Assembly: GCA_010093605.1 (NCBI GenBank)
Contig: MU004192.1
Coordinates: forward strand, 938,882-1,002,881
Reading direction: 5' to 3'
DNA from: Lophium mytilinum
Taxonomy: Eukaryota
DNA length: 64,000 bases
A model generated the notes under the pieces. That model had not been told where the DNA came from, did not search any database, and worked only from the letters and a program-made list of their open reading frames with translations. Made by a program: the position numbers and the translations under genes. This document shows, one piece after another, positions 36,801-48,492 of this stretch (its first letter is position 1; the number at the start of each line of letters is the position of its first letter).

Positions 36801-39216
36801 CAGTTCTCATCACCCAAAACATCTATTGGTTGCATCCTTATTGATAAAGAAGAGCCAAATGCGACGGGCAACAGATACATCTTTCGAGAGACACAAGTCA
36901 GATGAGAAATCTGCCATATTCTTTGAGCCCAAACTGTGTCCACTATAATCGTTCCTAGAATCTGCGTCGAATTTAGCGGGGTCCGGCGCTCCCAAGCACT
37001 GCGACCGAACACACGCCACACAAAAGCACGACAACCACAACCACGACCATCACCATCTTGGCTTACCTCCTATTTATCATTGTCCATGACTGCTGTGAAA
37101 GAGCACGTGTGAACGTCTATGCTATTTCGATATTTTTTCTTATAAACTCCGCACATGGCCCTTTCCCTTGTTCGTAGCACTATCACTGTAAGACCTTCAG
37201 ACGTCGCGCAGTGACTTTCAAGTCCGGAGTCTACCAGCCGATCCTTTACCTTCGTCTCTCTTCACAGTCTGGACGTAGTCTTAAATCCATGAGAATTTGC
37301 TTGATGTGAGCTCACTATTTAGTGTCAACTCCCTCGTCGCAACCTAGGCGTATTCAATAGCTTCCAAATCGCAACTTTACCTTGTTTCCTTCGAGAAAAG
37401 ACTCCTATTCACTGGAAGCCAGAAGAAGATCGCTGCAAAGCTGGATTACCCGTCCATTGGACCTATGGCCACTCCTTGGTTGCGCAGCGTTGACATCGCG
37501 GGCTTCATGCAAGCTATAATCCGAGCAGCGGACTTTGCATACTATGGTCAATCTTCTCTTGGAACGTGAGGAACTTGCGAGGTATTTAAACCGTTCATTA
37601 TCACGAAAGAACGCGTGTGATTTTGCGCCTCTATCTTTAGAGCTCCAGGTAGGTTCTAGAACTCTCCTTTCCTCGCAAGACTGGCTGATTTTCGTGGATA
37701 TACTCCACATAACACGTCATTTCTCTATTCATTAGTTCCTGTCTCAAAACTCCATCCACCAGACCGCCTTCCGCACCATGAATAGAACACTGTTCGGAGC
37801 GATGACTTGTGGTAGGTTGTCCGCGCTTCAGATGACTGGGAAAGAGACACATCGTTCCTATTCGAACCTTTCATATGATCACATCTACGCAATGACATGC
37901 CCTAGATGACAAAACACCCAGGAGATACCCCTACTTTCGCCATTTTAGAAGGACTGGACTCCCTCAAGATTGAATACACACGGTTCAAACAGGTGGAGGG
38001 TGAACGTATGACTACCAACCAATTCACAAGCTCTTACGAATCTCGGAATCCTTGGAGCCCGCGACTCTGACCCCCTCTGGTAGCAATTGAGGACCTAACC
38101 AGCATGAGCTCACCATTGCACCTGTGCTAGCGAGCTCTCAAAGGTGACGGTACGTATCCAAGCCAGCTTTGACGGCTCGCCCGAGTATTTCATCTTCGCT
38201 TTGCCTTCAGGCCTGGAGATGCCCTATTAAGGGCACGGATGCGATGCCCGCCATCAGGTAGACTTTAATGACCCTCTACAAATGCGTCCTTGTGAAGTGT
38301 AGGCCGTTCCGTCTTGAAGCGACATTCTGTAAGACGAGGCAAATGATCGATTTGCTCGTCGGGGCCAGAAACTTTATCACGTTTCGGACAACGTGGGATT
38401 GATGCCATCCTCTTAATTGGGGAAGATGGAGCGGCCCGCTACTCGATAAGCAAACAAAAGTGGATTGATCTTTGTCACGGATTGTTGTACTCGTTGTTTC
38501 TAGCCCACGGCAACGTGGGCGCGTGAACGACCTAGAGGAATCCCAAGCGGACTGGAGCGGTTCCAAGAATCGGAACCATTCATTCTCAAAAGCTTACCTC
38601 TGTTCGAAGATCAATGCTCTTTCATTGCGAAAAGCGTTTCCCTTCTCTAATTCCATACTTGCATCTTGCTTGTAATGCTAAATGTAAATAATCGAGTGCT
38701 TTCAGGGAGCTTGGGACCATAAAGACGTCTGCGATTGACCAAGCGGGAATGTGTTCTTGCAGGACTTTATTTCATATTGCTCCGAATTTTGGGAGCTCTG
38801 CGGATCCGTAACCTTTGGTTCCGTAACTTGTTCCCCTGGGTGACTTGCCCCACGCTACGACCATGAGGCTTTCTCATTCTAGCCATCTGACAGTCTGGTA
38901 TACCAGCTGGTAAGATCCAGCCTTCCTCTAGTTTTCAATAGAAGATACATATGGCTCGATATTTCTCATCGTCATTCATGTACAAAAGCCCGCTCCCCTC
39001 TCCTCATCGTTACTCCTTTCTCTAGTCACTTCCGTCAAGACACACAGGGCCAGTTGTTATGACTCCGAATGCCAGTCTTAACGACAGGCGGCATTCCTAA
39101 TCGCACATATCCCCCTCCAAATTCTCTCTTTCTTCCACAAGCCGGCATTCACTCCTCCTTGCCTTATTAGATATACCCCTCCCTATCTCACTCAATACAG
39201 CCTCTTAACCCACAAG

Positions 39217-40520
39217 ATGAACCCCCTTACTTGCTATGTGTACCCCAAGCTCCTCCGATGAGCGATACCATCTATCATGATTCCACTATACAGACTCTAC
39301 AGTCCTCACCACCGTCCTCCCCTTCACACTCCACGCACGATCCGACGAACAGCTCTAGCCAGCGAGGCAGCTCCTCAATAGTGCCCTCAAGGCCCCCCTC
39401 AAACAAACGAGGCACACAGCCAGAGCCCATTCAACCTTCAGATCGTCGCCAGGACCTACCTCGAAGACCATAAACACCTGATAGGTCTTGCCCTTGTCGT
39501 AGATAGGGTGCTGATCCTCGACGTCTTGATGCTTCTCAGTGTCTCCGATGTGGCTGGGGGCTGGGGAGCTACTCTTAAACCTTATGAGAATCTCTGCCTT
39601 GAGCACAGTGCAGGATAGCGAGCTTCGTCTTCAAGGATGGGTCCTTAAGCCCGTCAAGGTATGATACCTTTCGGTCTCTCTATCGCAGATAGGAAGCTAC
39701 CTTGCTTCCCTTCCCACGTCGAGGAGTCCTTGACCTCATGTCGTCGGCTTCCTCTGCATAGAACCAGGACTCCTCCTCGACGACCGCTGTAAGCTCCATC
39801 CAGCGCACTCACTCTTCATACTGACGACGTGGATACCTTCGTATAAGATAGTAAGGGCCCGTTCCGATCACTCGTCCACTCCGCCCCATTCCAGCCTGAA
39901 CACCAACACACCACTATGGGATGGTAGATATGACTAGGCGAGTCAGCCTCGCAACGCTGGATCCTCAGAAGAGCGGTCAAGTACCTAGACACAAAAACAG
40001 ACCAGCAAATCGAACAGTCGCTCCAACAGACTCATCGCCCATCAGCCATCGAACCTCATTGCGCTAGCGGCTGACGAGGCTATTGTATAGTCCAAGGATA
40101 GCAGCAAAGGAGAAACTATCACCCCCGCGGATCGGACTGTCTCTCCATACTATGACAGACTGCTTCCTCTGTGGAGCGAGTTCAAGAGCCTAGCTTAGTA
40201 CCTCACCAACATCTGGCCAACAGTCGAGATAGCGTACTCACCCCCCTACAGTCCTAGGCCACAAGCCTGGGCACACAGACTCAGCTCCAACTTGCCCACT
40301 CAACACCACTGTTGGGGGTAACCTGACTACAGAGTAAGCAAATAGCCAAGAGGTAGTCTAATCTGCACTGCTTGAAGCTTGGAATCGCCCTCGAGTCTTC
40401 AAAGCCCAGTGGGGTAACCCAAGCAGTGGCATACCAATATGCCCAGACTTGTGGCATATCACTGTATCCCGCGGCTCGGAGCGTCTCGACTCTTACTGGA
40501 GGACCACAGTAGCCGCCAAG
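39217..40520 (+). pseudogene. degenerate coding relic adjacent to or interrupted by the MITE
   Basis: Protein-like fragments in shifting frames: PFNLQIVARTYLEDHKHLIGLALVVDRVLILD, WILRRAVKYLD and LIALAADEAIV*...YYDRLLPLWSEFKSLA*YLTNIWP, with TAG stops. No family recognised. Confidence 0.25.
40249..40464. mobile_element. MITE family A copy 1 (216 bp, Tc1/mariner-type, TA flanks)
   Basis: TA|CAGTCCTAGGCCACAAGCCTGGGCAC ... ATGCCCAGACTTGTGGCATATCACTG|TA. Imperfect ~26-bp TIRs; homologous along its length to 46552-46763 in inverted orientation. Confidence 0.85.
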
Positions 40521-41141
40521 CGGCCCAAGATGTCGCATCACTCAACCACAATCACCAGGGATCACGAATTCACAGCAGCCAGCCTTGGTTTTGAAGTTTT
40601 TTTTCCCATTAACTACGGTTTTTCCACCATCCCGGACCCTTCGCACCTCGCACGAAACACGCATATGCAAAACATCAAACTCCGGACACCGCCTGAGCAT
40701 CAGCAGTACTCGGGCCCTAAGAAACGCCGAACTCCGCGCTTCATAGAACCTTAGGTCTCTCGTACCCCGGAAAAACAAACGGTTAAACAGCAAGAACAGT
40801 AGAAAAGAGATGGAAAATATCACAAGAAAATCAAGAAATCCCAAACGTCCAAACAGTCCTAAACCAAGGACACACAAACACGCATGACCCAAACACCACG
40901 CCTCCATGCCTTCGTCTTTCTGTATCCTCTTGACCGCCTTTTTTCATGCGTTAACACCTCCAGACTCCAGCACCAGAACAGTTCTTTTGTTGCCCATCAC
41001 AACGGCAAAGCCTCATCAAGCCGAGCGTGACGATCGACAAAGAAAAAACCTGGAAAAATGCAAACAAGAATAGAAACAATTTTTATCACGCATCAAAAAG
41101 CAATAAACCGGAACACCGTACTGAGAACTCCCCTTGCGCCA

Positions 41142-42731
41142 TCACTCCCATGGGGAGGGGTAGGTTATGCCGCTCACCAACAGACTGTCCGACATCTGCA
41201 AAGCGCCCGGAGATGTAAGAGCTTGGTGGCCCCTGTCCCCATGCGTGGCAGATGCGTTGCGATAAGCGAGAGGCTGCGACGGGAAATTCTCCGCAATCCC
41301 GCTGTTCAGGGCTGTATTCAATCGATTGTCCGTGGGGCTGAGCTCAGTATTGGAAGAGCTGCCGCGGTAGGTAGGGAGAGAGTAACCCTCGCTGTAGGTA
41401 ACAGGGGGCTGCACGGGTTGCTGTGGGGTACGCTGTTGTCCGAGGCTGTTAAGAGCTTGTTCCGGGCTGATTCCGTACTGCGAAGTGGTGTCGCTCGTCA
41501 GAGCACTCTGCCCTGAGGTAGAGACGCGCGACTCAGACTTGAGCTGGGGCAAAGCAGCTCCACTGCTAAAGTTGTAACTACCAAGCCCATTCGTACTCAT
41601 CGAACTAAACTGGTAGTCTCTCGTAGTCACTGGACTATACTGGTAGTGGTAGGGGTGGACCGCGTATTGGGCGTAGTCGTTAGGCCTGGAGCGCTTATCG
41701 ATGTGCCGACCAGATGAGTATGTCCCATCGTTAAAGTAAGTGCTGGAATATCCCTGCTGTGTGTATCCGTCCATAGATGGTCGGCGGGCAGCAAGCGGAG
41801 TGCTCGATGGACTGAACGGGAGATTGTTTCGCTTGCTTGGCTCGAGGTCAGCATCTTTTTCATCGTGGATCAGAATGGTGGGGACAAACTGTATCATGGT
41901 TCTCGGCTCCTTTCGAAGCCTCAAACGAACACCTTGGTCTGCGAAGGTTCGCGAGAGCATGGTAGACTCTTCCATCCCTTGGAAATCCTTCTGTGACTGG
42001 ACAACGAATTTGTCTGAAATAATGGAAGCACGGAACACGACTACTCCGGGTCCTCCGGGTCCTCCGGGTCCTGCGTCTTTCCTGAACTCAAACAGGGTAA
42101 ATTTCAGGCGGAAGGTGCCAGGAACTCTCGGGGAGATGTCTGAATAGACGAAGAAACAGCAGTCTTTCAATCTGTTAGTAAACGACTATCTGAATAGGAA
42201 TACTTATGTCATTACCAGAGTTATCAAAATCTTTCAATCGGTGGCTGGAAGAAGTCAAGCTTCCTGCAAGGGACTTGCCAGGCTTGTCTTCATAGTCTTG
42301 ATCTATGTCCCCCTTATAAAGACTCACAGCCATGAAAAGATAGGGGTTGTTTAGATAGTGCTGCGATGGATCTACCCGCTGATCGATTTTCAACTGAACA
42401 ACAGGAGGCGGATCGACCGGCTTGCGATCTGGCACTTGTCAGCATCACCCCCGACTAGTAGCATGGAGAATAGAGCAAACTTACTTTTTTCGGTGCCAGT
42501 AGTCGAGAGTAGAGCCAGTTTCGGGTGCTGGCGGATGAAAAGGTGGTACTGTTCGCTGTGGGTGCCAACATTAGTCGCAGGTACAGCAGCGTGGGAGGCA
42601 GAGCGTCGCGGCGTCTTCAGCTCATACCTGGGCAAATCTCCTGGGGCCGGGAGACACGTGCTAGAGGCGGGCGGCTCAGGATAGACCTGGTGGTGGCCAT
42701 AGGTATATGCCATCGAGGCCATCGAGGCCAT
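41142..42731 (-). CDS. velvet-domain regulator, VosA-like; exons 42731-42485, 42428-42216, 42163-41142 (possible further 54-nt intron)
   Basis: YHLFIRQHP...EK|NRKPVDPPPVVQL...YLNNPYLFM..SL...LAGSLTSS.HRLKD..N.|D..FFV..D.S....GTFRLKFTLFE...SDKF.V...KDFQGMEESTMLSRTFADQGVRLRLRKEPR. N-terminal velvet domain plus low-complexity C-terminus, as in VosA. Confidence 0.9.
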
Positions 42732-43067
42732 CGAGAAGCGACTCGATAGTCTCAGCGTTGGTGAGCTTAAGCAACGATGAGGAACCTGTCCGTGGATCGA
42801 AGTGCTGCCCACACAAGAAGGCGGAAGGCTTGTGAGTGGTACAGTAAGGTAACTGTCACTTGGTCCCGAGGAGTAGCTGTATCTACCTCGTTGAGGAAAG
42901 GCCTGCGAGGTTCCTAGGCGGGCTTTGCACAGGAAGATGTGGGAGGCGCGGTGGAAAAGAATTACCTGGGTTCCTTGGGGAACGGTCTGGAAAAGGGACA
43001 CGGTTGGCAGTGAGGAGAATATCTAGTGTCCAGCGGTGGTAATTTTGGCCTCGATGATGCGTCTTGT

Positions 43068-43077
43068 CTATATATAG
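43068..43077. promoter_or_regulatory. TATA-like element (CTATATATAG) ~340 nt upstream of the velvet ATG
   Basis: Palindromic TATATATA at a plausible core-promoter distance; function is inferred from position only. Confidence 0.35.
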
Positions 43078-46000
43078 CACAATGAGGCGGCTGCAAAAGC
43101 TTCTATAAGAATGCCAATGATTCACAGCGAGCCAGATGTCGAGGAAGAGAATTGAAGTTGCGTGGACAGTGGTCTCGCAGCATCGACTCTTGAAGAGGAG
43201 CCGGATTGTGCGAGTGGGCTTGAACACGGAACGGACGAATCACACCCACGGCCGGTGTTCTTCTCAAGAAGGTCTGGACTGGCTGAATGATTCGCAAGTG
43301 AGGGTCCTGTGGAAAGAACCGTGGCAGGGTCGGCACGAGGAGCGTCCAGTGCAGGCTCGATCCACCGAAATAGCCAGACCAGTCACGGCTACCCGTCTTC
43401 AGAGTGTCTGCAGCGCTGCTTTAAGGCACCGTGATGGAGTGCATGCGCTGCCGTTGGGCGGGCTTGGAATAAGGTTGTGGGACTCGCCCGGACGCGTGCC
43501 GGCGTGCGTCTCTCAGCGCAAGGTGTCTATTCAAACAGCGTTTGCTCCACCCGTCCCCCTCAGTTCGGGCCACACGCGCTATTCTGCTCGGGAGTGTGCC
43601 GAGAAGTCAACCCTGGGACGCAGCGGGAGATGGCGCAATCTTGGACAGCCTCTACACCTGGGCAGCGACACGCACGGGATCGCCTCAGTCGTCAAGAGTC
43701 AACCGTGGAAGCATAGCAGCCGGCAACCGTCCCGTCCCACGGATTGGCTGCAGCGGGAGCGCGTCGTGGAGCAGGTCGACACGGCCAGTGGCAGACGGCC
43801 AGGTGTCTCTAAATCAAGGAGCACAGCTGGGGCAGCAGTCGAAGGCTTCCGTGGAGTCATCAGTCGGCGTGGTCGATAGTGGAGAAACGACGGGCCCGAT
43901 GGGACTGGCCGACGGACTGGCTGACGAATTGGACAACGGCGGGAGAGACGAGGCCCAGAGAGCAGAGAGTGAGGGCCACTGAGGAGGTCGGGCTAGCAAG
44001 AAGCAAGTGGATAGTGGGCGAACAGAGGGGAGGTTAGCCTTTGGGAGGTCGGCCGCAAGAGCTTGGCCTTTAGGACGCAGGGCAGGCCGAGCCGTAGCAA
44101 CAGGCCTCGTTCACTGAGCGCTCAGTGCCGCTCGACGATCGAGGTGCAGCAGTAGGGGACCCGTGGACAGTACCTAGCTCAACGGCCGCCGCCACAGCAC
44201 GCTCCAGCGTCGTGATCTCCGCCTAAGATATCTTCGCTACCAGACTTTGCTCCTGGTCGATCGCCGCGATGTCGATGCTCAGCTCTGCGTCCTCGCCCGC
44301 CAGGGACCAAGCACTACCCAGGCCTGCTGCTGCTGCCGCCTCCAGCCTCCGTGCTCGGTGCAGCTTGTCGTGCGGTCGGGATGGGGTTGTCGGCGGCGCA
44401 GTCTCAGCCGGGAACGCGATCAAGTAAGGAAGCTGGCCACCCAATCGCGCTGGGACATCTGCGGCCGGTGGACGGTACAGACACGAGCGACGCGGGAGAA
44501 GAGAGAGGCTGCTAGGCCGGTGTAGAGTGACGATGGCGCGCTATATGGCCTCACTGGCGCCGTGGAGTTGAAACAGTGCCAGTCCACTGGCGGTGCTGCA
44601 AACCGCCTGTCACATTCTCTCTCCGCCGCCCAGGCTCCCATGCAGCCTGAGTCTGCTGCTTGTGCACTCCAGGCGGCATCGGCGCTGGCAGCAGCATGGG
44701 TACGGCAGAGCCCGTCCCTCGTGCGTCGACGGCATCCGGGCTCGAAGCATGGGGTTGCTGGAACCTCGCAGCACGCAAAGGGCACCGGAAGACCTGCCGC
44801 CATACGTCCATTTGCCCAGCGCGAGACATTTTAGCCATTAGTAGCGGGACGGCGTGTCTACTTTACTCGAGAGGCCGTCTATATAGCTGTCGCGGGCGCC
44901 CAATCTCTCAACCTACCTCTCCCGGCGCCGAGCCCGTCTTCCTCTGACCCGCGCAACCTCACAGCAACGACGTCCCCTTTAGTCGACTCCGGACGGGCCC
45001 CGATCGCCCGTGGTGCCACGACACGTTTCGCACATGGCGTCTGGCGCGCGTGGCCGCCAACTGCTGGAAAACTGATAGAAGACTGCGAGCCTGCGAACCC
45101 CCCGTGGCTGCAGCCCCTGCCTGCCGTGCCACAGAAGGCCGAAAGAGACCGCTCCGGGCGACCCTGGACCAAGACGAAATGCAGGAACACGCTCCCGTTT
45201 CTTGCCATGGCAGCGGGCAGCGCCAGGGCATCGTCCCGAGCACCTCGGACGTCGAGTTGAGCGCAGACGGAGGCCAGAGCGCGGCCGTCAGGGCAAACAG
45301 AGAGGCATTGGCGCCAGTCGACGGCAAGCGGCAGGTCGGAGTAGCATGGCCCACAGTGCTGGGCTGGGAGGGCGAGAGCCGTGGCGATGGGGAGGTCGAA
45401 AGCTGGTGGCTGGAGTCGTCGTTGTTGTCGTCCAGGAGGTCTGAGCGTGATGGCTCACATCGCATCGCATCTCAACTCCTGCACCGCCGACATTCTACGA
45501 TGTTACACCTCACTCGAAACCCCTATTCGCCCGCGCCTTTAGCCACGACGCCCTCTCTTCTCCTGCGCACGCTGTCTGTCCGTCGGGAGTCCCCTCGTGG
45601 CAGCGTCTTAGCCAAAACTCTGTTGCTCGGCATTCTCCCCTGTTGACGTCGCCATATACCCGGCCCTGTTCATACTGCCCGTTGCCCGCCAGGATGCGAC
45701 AATCAACCCCAGATTCCAGGCCCTCCGCCCAGGTGCTGAGGCAATCTCGCCGCCGTCAAACCTCTGCGGAACCGTGGGCCTTCGGAATCAGCTTCCTGGC
45801 TATCGCCCCCAGCACCTAGCACGTCAGGCCCTGTTCCGAGCTCTACAGAACCCCTCCCCGCTGTACCTGCATGATGCGCCGCCTGCCTTGTCCGCACGAC
45901 GCAATTGCTGCTCAATTGCATATGATGCCGACGCCCCTCCTATAGCCTATTCTCGACGCCCACCTCCACCTCCGTTTCCGGGACTCCTTGTGGTGCTGGC

Positions 46001-46551
46001 CCACGCTTGCCACTCTGGGCCAGCCTAAAGCCGGCGCTGCAATGGCCTTGGACTGCCCGTGAAGTCCCCATGATTTCTACCCTCGGCCGCCCACCGCCCG
46101 GGAAAGCCCTACAGCAGGACCCTCACCATGCTGGGATCAGTATCGAGCAGGGGCCGAAAGCGGTTCGAGCCCCTGCTTGACTGCCCGAACCGGGCAGGAG
46201 AGCAAGACGGAGCGGGAATGTCCAAAAGAAAGATCCTTCCACATAGCAGAAACGGACATCGCTTGTGCCACCAAACAGGCTGCTATTGATTCGCGAACAA
46301 CATCTTGGCTGTATCTGGAGGAGGGCTGCTACTTGATCCCGCCCGCTTGATTCCCTGTAGCAGCTCTGGCGGTGCTTCGGCTGCACCTGCTGCTGAGACT
46401 TCCGGACCGCCAATCTACGCCGCGGGTGAGTGGTCTTCAACGTTAACTTGTTGAGAGGTGCTGCAATTGCGCATGTCGACGCTTACACCGCGTCTGCTCT
46501 CAAACAGGTAAGATCCCGGATCCTGCGTGTTGAATGAACCCTGATGATCTA

Positions 46552-46763
46552 CAGTCACAGGCCACAAGCCTGGGCACACTGTTATGCCACTGCCTGGGGT
46601 TACCCCCAAGGGTTCGAAGACTCAAAGGCGATGTCAAGCTTCAAGCAGTGCAGATTAGACTGCCTCTTGACTAATTGCCTGTTCAGCAGCCAGGCTACCC
46701 CCAACAGTACTGTTGAGTGGGCAAGGTAGAGCCGAATGTGCCTAGACTTGTAGCCTAGGACTG
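46552..46763. mobile_element. MITE family A copy 2 (212 bp, inverted relative to copy 1, TA flanks)
   Basis: TA|CAGTCACAGGCCACAAGCCTGGGCAC ... GTGCCTAGACTTGTAGCCTAGGACTG|TA. Its reverse complement shares an exact AGTCTAATCTGCACTGCTTGAAGCTTG with copy 1. Confidence 0.85.
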
Positions 46764-48492
46764 TACGTGCGAGCGCAGCATCATGCTAGAGCCTCTTCTA
46801 CTAGCGCTTCAGGCTCGTACGAACAGTTGAAAGGTCAACTTCTCGGCTTTTTAGGTCCTTGAGGGCTTAAAGCGTGAAAGACTAGGGCAGCTAATCCTCG
46901 CAAATACTGCGGAACTGCCTTTTTGATGCATGTCGCTCAACTAAGATAGATCTCAGTGATCGGTGAAAGCCTGCAAGTTTCCGCGCCTCTCGGAGATTAT
47001 AGCTGCAGCCTTGTCCTGCAAGGCAGACGGTTGAAACAATTGACCGAAAATCAAAATCAGAGAAAGCCTATTTTTCCCTCGTATATGTCTCGAGCACGGA
47101 AAAGAGTATAGCGTCTATCCGCCACAAGCAAAAAGTAGTCCCGACACGTTTTCTCAAAATAGCTTCAATAAGTCATCAGTTGTTCCGAGAGGTAGAGAAG
47201 CACCCGTTGAGTCGAGCTACTAAGCAGCATCACCCTAGACTACTCTTCCCCCCGCGCTAGCCTCTCCCGATATCTTTCCGTCTCCGACTGAACTGGCAGA
47301 AAAGTCTTGCGCGTCGCCAGCACTTTTCACAAGCGTAAGAAGACCAACCGACTCACTTCCCACTGACACGCATCTAGTACAACACACTCCCTAACCCTCA
47401 ACACCAAGATCAGTAAATTCCCCGACGGCCGCGCTTGCGCAAAAAGCCGTTGCATGCACAGCAAACAAGGCGCCCTTGCCTGTCCACCACGAGGCCCAAA
47501 TGCGTCCTTGGCCATAAGCAGCGGACACCGCAGCATGTCCGTTCCCTCTGCCCGTCTGCGTCCCTGGACGACGCAGCATGCAGGAGGCCATCTGCCTCCC
47601 GAACGGGCCACCGCAGGCGTTCGGTTCGTCGACAGTGACAGGCACACGACAACCAAAGCACCCTTGCAAATCCGCATCCGCATCGCATGCCCCACACACC
47701 AGCAGCCCAAAGGGGAACTGCTGCTCTTTGCCATAGATCTCAGTCTAACTCTAAAGGGTCGCACTGCGCAGCTCTTTCAACTGCAGCCGGGCGGGGCTCC
47801 ACTTCGCTGCAGCATGGCGATTTCGCAGCTGATCAGTGTAGCTGGCGCAGGAGACTATCGAGTGAATTGTCTTCTCTAGCCGGGGAAATGGGGTGGGCAG
47901 CCGAACGGTTCGGCTTGTGTGGATGGTCACGAGTTACCACGGTCTAATCGGAGTGCTTCGAGAGCGGACACTTCGAGGACCCAGGCCCACCCCACACCAA
48001 CCCCCCTCCCTCAAGTCTGGTACGCCCAATCACGGCGCTTGACCACCTGGCAGCGTCTGTGCTGGAGGGACGACTGGCTCGCGGTGATCAGCAAGAGAAT
48101 GCGGAGGTGAGATAAGATTAGCCTGGCTGACTTTGTCTTGTCTGAAGTGACGAGAGTCTAGATACACCGAGCCATTTACATCGCACATGATATTCTTGGG
48201 TCTTTAGACACATCTCTTCACTTCGAGAAGACAGAACGCGCACTCGCTCAACCCAGGCAATCATGGGACTTACTTAGAGTGTCTATTTAATCATTTTTCC
48301 TTCGTCACATTCGTTATCTACTACGTACCATATTTCAGCTGGTGATTACGGCCAACGCTATTACACTGACCCTCTCAGTGTCACCTCCAGAACAAAGAGA
48401 TACTTGCATGCTAGTAACGGAAGCTCCACACTGTTCAGCGACTGACGTACTGGCTACACACGGACTGGCCGACTGTCTAAAGCAGCACTGCA

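Noticed and set aside
43100..46500. ORFs up to 247 aa upstream of the velvet gene, considered as transposase or cargo
   Set aside because: No DDE, HTH or other motif; composition fits GC-rich regulatory DNA.
47327..48110. Cluster of 60-145 aa ORFs on both strands
   Set aside because: No domain signal or coherent exon structure.
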